A program made the position numbers and the translations under genes. A stretch of DNA of 64,000 nt from a bacterium (GTDB lineage Bacteria; Krumholzibacteriota; Krumholzibacteriia; G020349025). Within the stretch, counting starts at the first letter, position 1. Each line of letters begins with the position of its first letter. Shown one piece after another: positions 1 through 10,493 of this stretch. The stretch is from the NCBI GenBank assembly GCA_031362565.1, contig JANLSU010000014.1:60578-124577 (forward strand). Reading direction: 5' to 3'. The notes under the pieces are model-generated. The model saw only the letters and a list, made by a program, of their open reading frames with translations, had not been told where the DNA came from and made no database searches.

Positions 1-255
1 TTCCCGCTCGTCGACCGCTTGCTGGTCGGCCTGCCGTTCAACAACATCGAATTGGGCGGCTTCCGCGGCGCCCTCTTCGCCGACGCGGCCTACGCCGGCC
101 CGCCACTATCGCTGTGGGCGGGAAGCCTCGGCATGGGCTTCGAACTGGGATTGGGTGGCGGGTTCATCGCCCGCTGGGACCTGGGCCGCAGGCACGATTT
201 CCACCACCTCGAACCGCAATCTTTCTCGCGCTTCTTCCTCGGCTGGGATTACTGA
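1..255 (+). CDS. C-terminal fragment of outer-membrane beta-barrel protein (BamA/TamA surface-antigen-like), 5' truncated by window
   Basis: Open frame from position 1; amphipathic beta-strands (GALFADAA, SLGMGFELG, IARWDLG) and terminal aromatic motif FFLGWDY. Confidence 0.65.
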   Translation, partial: FPLVDRLLVGLPFNNIELGGFRGALFADAAYAGPPLSLWAGSLGMGFELGLGGGFIARWDLGRRHDFHHLEPQSFSRFFLGWDY

Positions 256-364
256 GCTCGACGTCTCGACCGCTTGGGCGATGCAGGCAGGGTTCCTGCT
301 TGCTATCATTCGCCGCCTGGGCAGCGCGTTGTCGTGGGCGCCGAGATCCGCAACACAAGGAGCG

Positions 365-874
365 ATGGGTGTGAACGCAGACGACAGCCGGCGCTTGGAA
401 GAGCAGCAGCTCATCGAACGGCTCCGCAAGATCGAAGCCCTCTTCGCTCGACCGGGTACGGAGGGGGAACGGGCGGCAGCCGGCAACGCCGCGGAGCGGG
501 TGCGGGCGCGCCTCGATGGGTTCAAGGACAAGGAGCCGCTGCGGGTCACGCAGTTCTCGATCCACGATCCGTGGGCTCGCATGCTGTTCTTGGCGCTCGT
601 GCGGCGCTCGGGCTTGAACCCGTACCGGGAGAAGGGCCAGCGCCGGACGACTGTCATGGTCCGCGCCAAAGTGGGCTTCATCGAGACCACCCTGTGGCCG
701 GAGTTCCTGGAACTCGAGCGCACCCTGCAAGGCTACCTGCACGAGATCACCCAGCGGGTCATCTCCCAAGCGATCCACAGCGACGTGCGTGACGCGGAGG
801 AGCAATCCACGTCTGCCAGCGCGCCGGGCCAAAGAGCCCTCGGCTTGGACCGCGCCGCGGGCGGCCCGGGGTAG
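365..874 (+). CDS. Hypothetical protein (N-terminus DUF2786-like, LRKIEALFARPGTEGERAAA)
   Basis: ATG at 365 after AAGGAG; protein-like composition; family is recall only. Confidence 0.6.
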   Translation: MGVNADDSRRLEEQQLIERLRKIEALFARPGTEGERAAAGNAAERVRARLDGFKDKEPLRVTQFSIHDPWARMLFLALVRRSGLNPYREKGQRRTTVMVRAKVGFIETTLWPEFLELERTLQGYLHEITQRVISQAIHSDVRDAEEQSTSASAPGQRALGLDRAAGGPG

Positions 875-895
875 GCTCAATCGCTCCTCCGGCGG

Positions 896-925
896 TTGAC
901 ACGGGGCGGGGCGCCTTGTTAGCCT
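896..925 (+). promoter_or_regulatory. Putative sigma70 promoter of rpsT
   Basis: TTGACA-N18-TAGCCT with TG extended -10. Confidence 0.5.
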
Positions 926-961
926 GTCGGGTCTGGTTCCGACCTGGAGGTCCTACGGGGC

Positions 962-1231
962 ATGCCCCATCATAAGCAGTACGTGAAGACATTGCGGAAA
1001 GACGCCAAACGGCGGATCGTGAATCGCTCGAAGCGGTCGACGTTGCGCACGGCGCTTCGCGAGTTCCGCGCCCAGACCGACGCCACGAAGGCGGCGGCGC
1101 TGGTCCCGAAGGTGTCGGCGCTCCTCGACAAGGGTGCGAAGACGAACCTCATCCATCCGAGCACGGCGAGCCGGCTCAAGTCGCGCCTCGCCCTGACCGT
1201 GATTCGTTTGCAGTCGCGCACCGCGGCCTGA
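962..1231 (+). CDS. rpsT: 30S ribosomal protein S20
   Basis: 89-aa basic protein; NRSKRSTLRTA and LDKGAKTNLIHPSTASRLKSRL motifs; GGAGG SD. Confidence 0.95.
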   Translation: MPHHKQYVKTLRKDAKRRIVNRSKRSTLRTALREFRAQTDATKAAALVPKVSALLDKGAKTNLIHPSTASRLKSRLALTVIRLQSRTAA

Positions 1232-1258
1232 AGGGCCGCGGTCGCGCGTCGGCGCGTT

Positions 1259-2968
1259 TCATCCTGCCCGCACTGCGTTCAGCACCGCGCCCAGCAAGTC
1301 CTTGCGGCCGTGGTGGGTGACTTCCTTGGTGCGCCGGTCGCGGATCTCCAGTTTGTCCTCGTTCAAGCCACGCTCACCGATCGTCACCCGGGTCGGAATC
1401 CCGATGAGATCGGCGTCCTTGAACTTGCCTCCGGGCCGCAGGTCGCGATCGTCGAGCAGGGCATCGACTCCGGCCGCCCGCAGCCCGGCGTAGAGGTCCT
1501 CGGCAACGCTGACGCTTTCGGCGTGGGTTCCCGACAAGGGCAGGATCACCACATCGAACGGCGCGATCGAGCGCGGCCAGGTGATGCCGTCCGCGTCGTA
1601 GTGCTGTTCGATCGCCGCCGCCACGGTGCGCGTCACGCCAAGTCCGTAGCAACCCATCACGAACGGTTTTTCCTGGCCGGCCTCGTCCAAGAAGTTGGCG
1701 CCCATGGCCTGGCTGTACTTGAGACCCAACTTGAAGATGTGGCCGACCTCGATGCCGCGCGATGAAACGAGCCCGCCCTTGCAGCGCGGACAGCCGTCGC
1801 CGGCCCGCCCCTGCACGAGATCGCCCCAGGCGGCAACCTGGAAGTCGCGCCCCGCAACGACGCCGCGCAAGTGGGTATCGGTGCGGTTGGCGCCGACCGT
1901 CAAACCCCGGTCGCCGCGCAACGTCGAATCAGCGACGATGCGCACCGAGGCGGGCAACTTCACCGGCCCCGCGAAACCAACGTCGGCGCCGGTCACGGCG
2001 CGCACCTCTTCGGGCAGCAGCGGGCGGAAATTGCCGCTGCCGGCAAGCCGCGCGAATTTGGCTTCGTTCAAGTCGCGATGGCCGGGCAGGAGCGCTGCCA
2101 CGTCCTGGTCATCGACCTTGAAAAGCAACGTCTTGACGAGCGTGTGCGGCGCCACCTGCAAGAAACCCGATACTTCCTCGATGGTGCGTTTGCCGGGCGT
2201 CGCGACCTCTTCGGGCGCCGCCGATCCGGCCGGACGCTCGAGCACTTCCGGCGCGATCTCGGCGCGCTCGGCGTTGGCCGCGTAGCCGCACGAATCGCAC
2301 GACAGGATCTCCGATTCGCCGTTCGCCGCCAACACCATGAACTCGTGGCTCTCACTGCCGCCGATCAAACCGGTGTCGGCCTCGACGCGCCGGAAATCGA
2401 GCCCGCAGCGTTCGAGGATCCGGCCGTAGGCACCGCGCATCGCCTGATATGTGAGATCGAGCGAGGCCTCGTCGGTGTGGAAGCTGTACGCATCCTTCAT
2501 CATGAATTCCCGCGCCCGCATGACGCCGAAGCGCGGCCGGATCTCGTCCCGAAACTTGACCTGGATCTGATACAGCGTCTGCGGCAGCTGCCGGTAACTG
2601 CGCAGCGTGTTGCGCACGAGCGCCGTGACGATTTCCTCGTGCGTCGGTCCGAGAGCGAAATCATGTTCGTGCCGGTCGCGAAAGCGCATGAGTTCCTTGC
2701 CGAAGGCACCCCAACGGCCCGACTCTTCCCATAGATCGGCGGGCTGCAGAACCGGCATGACGATTTCTTGCGAGTCGATGCGGTCCATTTCGTCGCGCAC
2801 GATGCGCGCCACACGCGCCACGGTCCGCGTTCCGAGAGGCAACTGCGTGAACACCCCGGCTGCCACCTTGCGCACCATGCCGGCGCGCATCATGAGCTGG
2901 TGGCTGACGATTTCGGCGTCGGATGGGGTTTCCTTGAGAGTCGGAATGAAGGCCTTCGACCAGCGCAT
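1259..2968 (-). CDS. proS: Proline--tRNA ligase (with INS editing domain)
   Basis: LGPTHEE, FRDEIRPRFGVMRAREF, GIEVGHIFKLG and MGCYGLGVTR motifs. Confidence 0.97.
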   Translation of the reverse strand: MRWSKAFIPTLKETPSDAEIVSHQLMMRAGMVRKVAAGVFTQLPLGTRTVARVARIVRDEMDRIDSQEIVMPVLQPADLWEESGRWGAFGKELMRFRDRHEHDFALGPTHEEIVTALVRNTLRSYRQLPQTLYQIQVKFRDEIRPRFGVMRAREFMMKDAYSFHTDEASLDLTYQAMRGAYGRILERCGLDFRRVEADTGLIGGSESHEFMVLAANGESEILSCDSCGYAANAERAEIAPEVLERPAGSAAPEEVATPGKRTIEEVSGFLQVAPHTLVKTLLFKVDDQDVAALLPGHRDLNEAKFARLAGSGNFRPLLPEEVRAVTGADVGFAGPVKLPASVRIVADSTLRGDRGLTVGANRTDTHLRGVVAGRDFQVAAWGDLVQGRAGDGCPRCKGGLVSSRGIEVGHIFKLGLKYSQAMGANFLDEAGQEKPFVMGCYGLGVTRTVAAAIEQHYDADGITWPRSIAPFDVVILPLSGTHAESVSVAEDLYAGLRAAGVDALLDDRDLRPGGKFKDADLIGIPTRVTIGERGLNEDKLEIRDRRTKEVTHHGRKDLLGAVLNAVRAG

Positions 2969-3064
2969 GCGGTTCCTTTCATTGCCTCGAACAGCTTCGG
3001 AGCGCGCAGCGTACCGCACCGGCGCCGGGCGCTCAATGGCTGCGGCAAAAGGGGTCAGGGGCCT

Positions 3065-4666
3065 CTAAAGTTCGAGCCGGGTGGTCACGAGTACGGCCGG
3101 GGATGTGCGGGAGGGCGCCGTCGCACTGTGGCCAGCGTGCCGGATGGTCAGGGCCCGCACATCGAGCCCGAACTCGATGCTCCGCAGCCCGTGGTAGGCG
3201 ATCGCAATCCCGGGCTGCGACCGGCTTTCGACGACGCCCGACAAGTAACCGACGTTGTCGGATACGCGCTGGTCGTGATCCACCGCGAGCCCACCCTCGC
3301 CGTGGCGTTCTAGTTCATAAAACAAGCGCGCTTCGAAGCCGCGCGACAGCCGGCGGCGGAGTGCCACATCCCACAGATCGCTGTCCGGCCCCGTGCGGCT
3401 GCCGAGCGTGCCACCGAAGTGCTGATAGCGGTCGATCGGATGGACGTGGGTGTAGGTGAACTGGCTCGCCCAACTCCACTCCGCCTCCACGTCCCAGTCG
3501 CCGAGGCCGAAGGGGGCGAGCCATCTCGCCCCGGCCAACACGCCGAGTTTGTTGCCGTAGTTGCGCCACCCACGGCGCAAGTTGAGATCGTCGATGACGC
3601 ACTCGCCATAGAGTTCGCCGCCCGACGCGATGCGCCAGCGCCCGTCGACGCTCGCGAGGGCGTTGTCGAGGTCGCCATTGTTGGCCTGGGTCACGAAGAG
3701 CACCGTCAGGGGATTCACGTACGACAAGTCGAGGCCGCGATTGCCGTAAATCAACGCTTCGGAAACGGCGAGGCGCAGGCGCGGATGCGGCTCGATCTCG
3801 AGCCGGTGCGCGGCGAGATAACGTTCGCGCAATTCCGGGTCGCCGGGCAGGAGGCGCGCGGCGCGCAACTGGCCGGCCAGGCTGGTAAAACGTACCGGCC
3901 CGAGGCGCATCTGCAGGCGCAGCAAGTCGAAGGGCGGGGTTGCGTCCTGCAACAACATCGCGTTCGAACGGCCCGGTCCCCAGCGCAAACGCATCCTTGC
4001 CAGATCGAGCCGCCAACGGCCCGATTCGAAACGCACCCCGGGCTCGACGGTCCGGGTGATTGCGAACCGGTCGCTCGGGTCGAAGACGAACTGCGCTTCA
4101 CCGTCCCGCACATCGGTCGACTGGGCGAGCGATGCATCGCCGGTGCGAACGCGATACGCGACATGCTCGAAGGCCAGCAAGCGGCCGTCGAAGAGCGCCA
4201 GCGCGGCGGCGGGTTCGAGGGTCGTGTGCGCCGTGACATCCCGGTCGGCGCTGCCGCCGTGCTTCTCGAAGCGCTGGCCGCCTTCCCAAAACGCTTGCAG
4301 GCGCCAACCGGTGCCCGTCCAAAGGTGATAGGCCCGGCCGAGCACCGCCGTCGTGTCGCCGGCGGCCGTCAGTTCGGCGGCGAACTCGGCCCGCAGCATA
4401 TCGATCTGTTGGGATTCGATCGGCGTCGGGCGCCAGGCGCCGCGGCGGGCACCGTCGGTGAGGCCCCGGACCATCGTCGCCGCTTCACCGCGGGTGATTG
4501 GCCGCAAATCCAAGAAAGTGCGCGGCACGGCGCCGCGGACTTCGAGCCGTTCCAGAAACTCGTACGACCAGTGTCCGAGTGGTACATCGAGGTGTTCGAA
4601 GGCAAACGCCGGCCGGGCGATCAAGAGCCCCACGACGAGCACCAAAAGCTGTTTCAACCGGAACAT
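3065..4666 (-). CDS. Capsule assembly Wzi-family outer-membrane protein
   Basis: Signal peptide; RWGPG, AHRLE, SEALIYG..YVNP and NNGD.DN motifs. Confidence 0.7.
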   Translation of the reverse strand: MFRLKQLLVLVVGLLIARPAFAFEHLDVPLGHWSYEFLERLEVRGAVPRTFLDLRPITRGEAATMVRGLTDGARRGAWRPTPIESQQIDMLRAEFAAELTAAGDTTAVLGRAYHLWTGTGWRLQAFWEGGQRFEKHGGSADRDVTAHTTLEPAAALALFDGRLLAFEHVAYRVRTGDASLAQSTDVRDGEAQFVFDPSDRFAITRTVEPGVRFESGRWRLDLARMRLRWGPGRSNAMLLQDATPPFDLLRLQMRLGPVRFTSLAGQLRAARLLPGDPELRERYLAAHRLEIEPHPRLRLAVSEALIYGNRGLDLSYVNPLTVLFVTQANNGDLDNALASVDGRWRIASGGELYGECVIDDLNLRRGWRNYGNKLGVLAGARWLAPFGLGDWDVEAEWSWASQFTYTHVHPIDRYQHFGGTLGSRTGPDSDLWDVALRRRLSRGFEARLFYELERHGEGGLAVDHDQRVSDNVGYLSGVVESRSQPGIAIAYHGLRSIEFGLDVRALTIRHAGHSATAPSRTSPAVLVTTRLEL

Positions 4667-4810
4667 GCGCACACTCCGTTCCCTTGGGCCCCATGATCGT
4701 GGACGTACCGCGTTCCGACAACCTGAAACATGGACCAAGAGGGGGGCGGCTTGGTTCGCGTAGACCCTCAGGGGTGACTCGCACTAGACTCGGCGCGCAG
4801 AGGAGCGCGC

Positions 4811-6799
4811 ATGAACTTCGAACCTGATGAGCCGGAACCCAAAGGCGAAGACGCGGCAGACGGTCCGGCGCTCGAGGCGCCCAGTTCCCCGCTCGTCGAG
4901 AAGGCCCGCCAGTTGCCGGAAGAGCCCGGCGTCTATCTCTTCAAAGATGGCCGCGGCAAGGTGCTCTATGTCGGCAAAGCCAAGGTGCTCCGCGACCGGG
5001 TGCGGAGCTATTTGGGCGCCGCAGCGGATCTCGCACCCAAGACGCGCGTCCTCATGGGACGCGCCCAGGACCTCGACTGGATCGTCACCCGCACCGAAGT
5101 CGACGCGCTCGTCCTCGAATGCAATCTCATCAAGGAATACCGGCCGCGTTACAACATTCGCTTGCGCGATGACAAGAAGTACCCGTACGTCCGCGTCACC
5201 GTCGATGAATTCCCGCGCGTGTTCGCGACCCGCAACATCGTCCACGACGGCAGCGAGTACTTCGGCCCTTATTCCGATGTCGGCGCCATGCGCCGGACGC
5301 TGTCGACCCTACAGCGCGTCCTGCCGACGCGCCCGTGCACTCCCGATACCCTGGACGGCATCGACCGGCCGTGCCTGTACTACGACATTCACATGTGTGG
5401 GGCGCCGTGCGTCGGGTTGCAAAGCCGCGAGGATTACCTGGAGACCGTCGATGGGGTGCGGCTTTTCCTGCGCGGCAAGACCGACGAACTGGCGACGCGG
5501 CTCCGCAAACGCATGGAGGCCTTGGCCGCCGGCCGCCAATACGAGGCCGCGGCACGGGTCCGCGATCAGATTCACGCCATCGATCGCATCACCGATCGCA
5601 TGCGGGCCGTCGTTGGCGAGGGCGTCGAACGCGATGCGGTGGCACTCAGGCGCGATGGGCCGAACGCCTGCGGCGTCATTCTGGCGATTCGCGGCGGCCG
5701 GCTCTTGGCGAGCGAAACGTTCTATTTCTCGGATCGCGACGAAAGCGACATCGAGGTCTTCACCGCCTTCATCGAGCAGTACTACAACGCCACGGTCTCG
5801 GTGCCCGAAGAGATTTTCCTGAGTGCGGAGGTCGAAGACCACGATCTCTTGCAGCGCTGGCTGACCGAGAAGCGTGGTGGGCCGGTGAGCGTGGTCCAGC
5901 CGCAGCGTGGTGAGAAGCGCACGCTGGTCGGTCTGGCGCTCAAGAATGCCACGCTCAAGCTCGACGAACGGCTCATCGCGCAGGGGGTCACATCGAAGCG
6001 GGTGCCGGACGATGTCGTGCAATTGGGCGCCGCACTCGGCATGCGTGAACTGCCGCGCCACATCGAGTGCTTCGATATCTCCAATTTCCAGGGGTCGTCG
6101 CCGGTCGCGTCGCTGGTGCATTTCGAGGCCGGCCAGCCGGCCAAGAAAAACTACAAGCACTTCCGGATCCGCGGCATCGAGGCGCCGAACGATTTCGCGA
6201 TGATGGAACATGTCGTGGAACGGCACTTCCGGGCGCTGCGCGATGGCGCGGCGGCGCTGCCCGAACTCGTCATGGTGGACGGCGGGCGCGGCCAATTGAG
6301 TGCCGCGGAGCGCGCTCTCTCCCGGCTCGGCCTTGCCGACCGCGTCACTCTGATCGGACTCGCCAAGCGCTACGAGGAGATCTACCGGGTGGGCAACCCC
6401 GAACCGCTGCTGTTGGCGCGCACGTCGGCGGCGCTCAAACTCGTCCAGCGGGTGCGCGACGAAGCGCATCGCTTCGCCATTTCCTATCATCGCCGCCTGC
6501 GCGACCGTGAACTCATGCATTCGGCACTCGATGACATCCCCGGGATCGGTGCCAAGACCCGCTTGGCGCTCTTGCGGCACTTTGGTTCGGTAGCGCGCAT
6601 CGCGGTGGCGAGCGCCCAGGACTTGGCGGCGGTGACCGGCGTCGGCGCCATCACCGCCGAGCGCATCTTGAGTGTGCTGTCGCATCCGGCGTTGCGCCCG
6701 GTGCCGGACGGGACGCCGGTGGCGGTGCCGGGTGACGACGACACGAGCGAGGAAATCGTCCTCGACGCCGAGTGGATGGCGCCGGACGGGCCCTCATGA
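4811..6799 (+). CDS. uvrC: Excinuclease ABC subunit C
   Basis: GIY-YIG (PGVYLF..LYVGKA), IECFDISN, DGGRGQ, RDEAHRFA, HhH. Confidence 0.97.
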   Translation: MNFEPDEPEPKGEDAADGPALEAPSSPLVEKARQLPEEPGVYLFKDGRGKVLYVGKAKVLRDRVRSYLGAAADLAPKTRVLMGRAQDLDWIVTRTEVDALVLECNLIKEYRPRYNIRLRDDKKYPYVRVTVDEFPRVFATRNIVHDGSEYFGPYSDVGAMRRTLSTLQRVLPTRPCTPDTLDGIDRPCLYYDIHMCGAPCVGLQSREDYLETVDGVRLFLRGKTDELATRLRKRMEALAAGRQYEAAARVRDQIHAIDRITDRMRAVVGEGVERDAVALRRDGPNACGVILAIRGGRLLASETFYFSDRDESDIEVFTAFIEQYYNATVSVPEEIFLSAEVEDHDLLQRWLTEKRGGPVSVVQPQRGEKRTLVGLALKNATLKLDERLIAQGVTSKRVPDDVVQLGAALGMRELPRHIECFDISNFQGSSPVASLVHFEAGQPAKKNYKHFRIRGIEAPNDFAMMEHVVERHFRALRDGAAALPELVMVDGGRGQLSAAERALSRLGLADRVTLIGLAKRYEEIYRVGNPEPLLLARTSAALKLVQRVRDEAHRFAISYHRRLRDRELMHSALDDIPGIGAKTRLALLRHFGSVARIAVASAQDLAAVTGVGAITAERILSVLSHPALRPVPDGTPVAVPGDDDTSEEIVLDAEWMAPDGPS

Positions 6800-7713
6800 G
6801 CGCCCCCATCGCATCACTCACGCCACTCGCCGCGGCGCGCGAACGCTATCTCGTCCATCTGATGGTCGAACGCGGCCTCGCCCGGCTGACCCTGGACGCC
6901 TACGCCGCCGACCTCGAAGCGTACGGCGCATTCCTGGCCGGGCTCGGCGTCAGCGCCCCGGGTGACGTCGTGGCGACGCACATTCACGAGTACCTGGCGG
7001 CGGCGACCGCCGCCGAACACACCGCTAGCACGCGCGCCCGGCGGCTCTCGACGCTGCGCGGCTTCCATCGCTTTTGTGTGTTGGAGGGCCTCGCTGCCGA
7101 TTCACCGGTCGAGCGCTGGCGGGGTCCGCGCCGCACCCGGCCCTTGCCGCACGTTCTGCGGGTGCATGAAATCGAGCGCCTGGTCGCGGCCCCGGACCCG
7201 TCGACCGCACTCGGACAGCGCGATCGCGCCCTGCTCGAACTGGCCTATGCGGCCGGATTGCGTGCCTCCGAAGCCTGCGACCTGTTGGTGGAGGCTTTCG
7301 ACGCGCGCGCGGCGCTGGTGCGGGTGTTCGGCAAAGGCTCGAAGGAGCGTTTGGTGCCGGTCGGCCGCGCCGCTCTTGCGGCCGTGGCCGCCTATTTGAG
7401 CGACGGGCGGATCCGGCTGACGCGGGGCCGCATTGCGCCGACGCTCTTCCTGAACACCCGCGGCACGCGGCTGTCGCGCATGGGGTTTTGGAAAATCCTG
7501 CAAAAAAACCTGCGCGCCGCCGACATCCGCACGCCGGCGAGCCCGCACACGCTGCGCCACAGCTTTGCAACCCATCTGTTGGAAGGCGGCGCCGATCTGC
7601 GCGTCGTCCAGGAACTGCTCGGGCACGCCGATATCGGCACCACCCAGATCTATACCCAAGTCGATCGCCAGTACCTGACCGAGGTGTACCGGACGTACCA
7701 TCCGCGCGGCTGA
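6796..7713 (+). CDS. xerD: Tyrosine recombinase XerD
   Basis: GLRASE, GKGSKERLVP, SPHTLRHSFATHLLEGGADLRVVQELLGH, TTQIYT, YHPRG end. Confidence 0.9.
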   Translation: MSAPIASLTPLAAARERYLVHLMVERGLARLTLDAYAADLEAYGAFLAGLGVSAPGDVVATHIHEYLAAATAAEHTASTRARRLSTLRGFHRFCVLEGLAADSPVERWRGPRRTRPLPHVLRVHEIERLVAAPDPSTALGQRDRALLELAYAAGLRASEACDLLVEAFDARAALVRVFGKGSKERLVPVGRAALAAVAAYLSDGRIRLTRGRIAPTLFLNTRGTRLSRMGFWKILQKNLRAADIRTPASPHTLRHSFATHLLEGGADLRVVQELLGHADIGTTQIYTQVDRQYLTEVYRTYHPRG

Positions 7714-7822
7714 AGCGGCGCATGGACGGGCGGAAGTTCCGGCCTGTTGTGCTAGGATCGTCCACTTCGAAGCAGAGGCTCACGGCCACGGAGGCGGGGC
7801 CGGGGGAGGGAGGAGACGAAGC

Positions 7823-8827
7823 GTGGCGATCGTTTTGAGCGGCATGCGTCCAACCGGGCGGCTGCACCTGGGGAATTACACCGGCGCACTCGAGTCCTGG
7901 GTCCGCAACCAGGATGTGCATCGCTGTTTCTTCATGGTGGCCGACCTGCATGCGCTGACCACCGACCTCGACACGACGCAAATCGCTTCGCGCACCCGCG
8001 ACATGGTCATCGACTGGCTGGCGGTCGGCCTCGACCCCGACCGCGCCCCGATCTTCGTGCAGTCCCAGGTGCACGAGCACGCCGAACTGCACCTGGTTTT
8101 TTCGATGCTGATCACGCTGGCGCGGTTGCAGCGCAATCCCACCGTCAAGGACCAGGTGCGCGACCTCGGGATCGACGACAACGTGACCTATGGCCATGTG
8201 GGTTATCCGGTGCTGCAAGCCGCCGACATTCTGCTCTACAAAGGCGACTTGGTGCCGGTGGGCGAGGATCAGGCACCGCACGTCGAGATCACGCGCGAGA
8301 TCGCCCGGCGCTTCAACAACGCCTTCCGGCCGGTGTTTCCGGAGCCGCGGGTCGAGCTGACCAAATTTGGCCGCTTCCCGGGCGTCGACGGCCAGCGCAT
8401 GAGCAAGTCGCAGGGCAACACGATTCAGTTGTGCGACTCACCCGAGGAAATTCGGCAGCGCATGCGCCGCGCCGCCATCGATCCGGAGCGGGTGCGGCAG
8501 GACGATCCGGGCCACCCCGAGGCGTGCACCGTCTTTACGTACCACCAACGTTTCAGCCCATCGGACGCGCTGCCGGAAATCGAGCGCGGCTGCCGCGCCG
8601 GGGCGCGGGTCCGCAGTTGCTTGGATTGCAAGATGGAAGCGGCCGACCGCATCGCGGCGCACTTCGCGCCGGCACGTGACAAGCGGCGCGCTCTCGAGAC
8701 GACTCCCGAGCGCGTCGACGAAGTTCTGGAATCGGGGCGCGAGCGCGCGCATCACGTCGCGCAGGCGACGATGATCGAAGTGCGCGACGCCATGGGCCTG
8801 GGCGGCAAGGGGAGGGGGACATCATGA
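7823..8827 (+). CDS. trpS: Tryptophan--tRNA ligase
   Basis: SGMRPTGRLHLGN, YPVLQAADIL, VPVGEDQ, RMSKS. Confidence 0.96.
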   Translation: MAIVLSGMRPTGRLHLGNYTGALESWVRNQDVHRCFFMVADLHALTTDLDTTQIASRTRDMVIDWLAVGLDPDRAPIFVQSQVHEHAELHLVFSMLITLARLQRNPTVKDQVRDLGIDDNVTYGHVGYPVLQAADILLYKGDLVPVGEDQAPHVEITREIARRFNNAFRPVFPEPRVELTKFGRFPGVDGQRMSKSQGNTIQLCDSPEEIRQRMRRAAIDPERVRQDDPGHPEACTVFTYHQRFSPSDALPEIERGCRAGARVRSCLDCKMEAADRIAAHFAPARDKRRALETTPERVDEVLESGRERAHHVAQATMIEVRDAMGLGGKGRGTS

Positions 8828-9576
8828 GTTATGTCGTGCATCTCGAATCGTTCGAGGGTCCGCTGGATTTGTTGTTGTATCTGATCCAGCGCGAAGAAAT
8901 GGACATCTACAACATTCCGATCGCGCGCATCACCGAGCAATATTTGGAGCAGGTGCGGCGTATCGAACGGCTCGAGCTGCAGCCGGCCGGCGAGTTCCTG
9001 GTCATGGCGGCAACACTCATGCGCATCAAGGCGCGCATGCTGCTGCCGCACCAGCGGCCGGGTGAGGAGAAGGAAGAGGATCCGCGGCACGAGCTGGTGC
9101 AGCGCCTGATCGAATACAAGAAGTTCAAAGAAGCGGCCCGCGAACTCGAAGAACGCGAAGACGACCGCAGCCGGCGCTATACCCGGCCGGTCGATGCGTC
9201 GCTCATCGAGGACATGAAGAGTCTCGGCGACGAGATCACCTTCGAAGTGGGACTGCCGCAGATCATGAAGGCGCTGGCCGAAGTGCTGGCGCGCGTCGAC
9301 GAAGTCGTGGCGCACGAAATCCAGCTCGAAGCGGTATCGCTCGAAGACAAGGTCGCCAACCTGCGCACCAAGCTCGCGGCGCGCGGCCGGCTCGCCTGGA
9401 GCGAACTGTTCGAGGACGTGCGCACCCGGCTCGATGTGATCGTCACTTTCATGGCCATGCTGGAACTCGCCAAGGGCGGTGCGCTGCGCTTGCAGCAGGC
9501 CGACAATTTCAGCGAACTTTGGATCTGGAGTCGCGACACCGAAGCGGCGCCGGAAGTTCACCAGGAGGCACGATGA
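8824..9576 (+). CDS. scpA: Segregation/condensation protein A
   Basis: FEGPLDLLLYLI; EFLVMAATLMRIKARMLLP. Confidence 0.95.
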   Translation: MSYVVHLESFEGPLDLLLYLIQREEMDIYNIPIARITEQYLEQVRRIERLELQPAGEFLVMAATLMRIKARMLLPHQRPGEEKEEDPRHELVQRLIEYKKFKEAARELEEREDDRSRRYTRPVDASLIEDMKSLGDEITFEVGLPQIMKALAEVLARVDEVVAHEIQLEAVSLEDKVANLRTKLAARGRLAWSELFEDVRTRLDVIVTFMAMLELAKGGALRLQQADNFSELWIWSRDTEAAPEVHQEAR

Positions 9577-10493
9577 CGCTGTCGACACAAATCGAAGCCT
9601 TGCTGTTCGCCAGCGATCAACCGCTGCCCAAGTCGCGTCTCGGCGAACTCTTGCCGGGTGCGACGCGCGATGAAATACAGGCCGCGCTCGACGAACTCGA
9701 AGCACAGTATGCGGACGGGCCGCGCGCCTTCCGGCTGTTGCGGGTGGGCGGCGGCTTGCAACTCGCCACCAAACCGGAGTTATCCGACATCGTGCGCCGG
9801 TTGTTCACCACCAAGCGGCGCGTGCGCCTGACGAAGGCGGCCCTCGAGTCGCTGGCGATCATCGCCTACAAGCAACCGACGACCCGCCCCGAGATCGACG
9901 CCATCCGCGGCGTCGCGAGCGGCGGCGTGATCGAGACGCTCTTGGAACGCAACTTGGTCCGGCTCGCAGGCCGGGCCGAAGGTGTCGGTCGGCCCTTGTT
10001 GTATGCGACGACGCCGGAGTTCCTGCAGTATTTGGGACTCAATTCAATTGACGACCTGCCGAGTTTGGGCGAACTGGAAGCCATGCTCGCGGAACGTGAA
10101 TCGGCGGCGCGCTTGGCGGACGAGGAAGAAATGCTGGCACTCGAGGATGCGGCGCGCCAGGGCCTCGCCCCCGAAGACGGTGCGGAGACGCCGGCGCCCG
10201 CCGCGCGGCTCGAGGACCGGCTGCGTGAACGCAACCTGCCGACGCTCGAGGAATTGGACAGCGAGCTGCGCGAACGCGCCGACCGGGTTGCCGATCTCTC
10301 GGCGCGCGTCGCTGCCGAACGCCGCCGGCATACGGCCGAACTGGCACCGGCGACACCCGCCGCCGCCGCCGCCGCCGAAGAAGAGAATGAAATTGCGCCG
10401 GCCGCCAGCGAAGGCGCCGCGGTTCTGGACTTCGAGACCGACGCCGGGCGGGCGACCGAAACTCTCGACCCGGCGCGCGAGGGATGCGACTGA
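9573..10493 (+). CDS. scpB: Segregation/condensation protein B with long acidic C-terminal extension
   Basis: IEALLFAS; LESLAIIAYKQP..IRGV; GRPLLYATT. Confidence 0.93.
   Translation: MTLSTQIEALLFASDQPLPKSRLGELLPGATRDEIQAALDELEAQYADGPRAFRLLRVGGGLQLATKPELSDIVRRLFTTKRRVRLTKAALESLAIIAYKQPTTRPEIDAIRGVASGGVIETLLERNLVRLAGRAEGVGRPLLYATTPEFLQYLGLNSIDDLPSLGELEAMLAERESAARLADEEEMLALEDAARQGLAPEDGAETPAPAARLEDRLRERNLPTLEELDSELRERADRVADLSARVAAERRRHTAELAPATPAAAAAAEEENEIAPAASEGAAVLDFETDAGRATETLDPAREGCD

Noticed and set aside
6796..7713. Tyrosine recombinase as a mobile-element integrase
   Set aside because: XerD signature and embedded in the uvrC-trpS housekeeping operon
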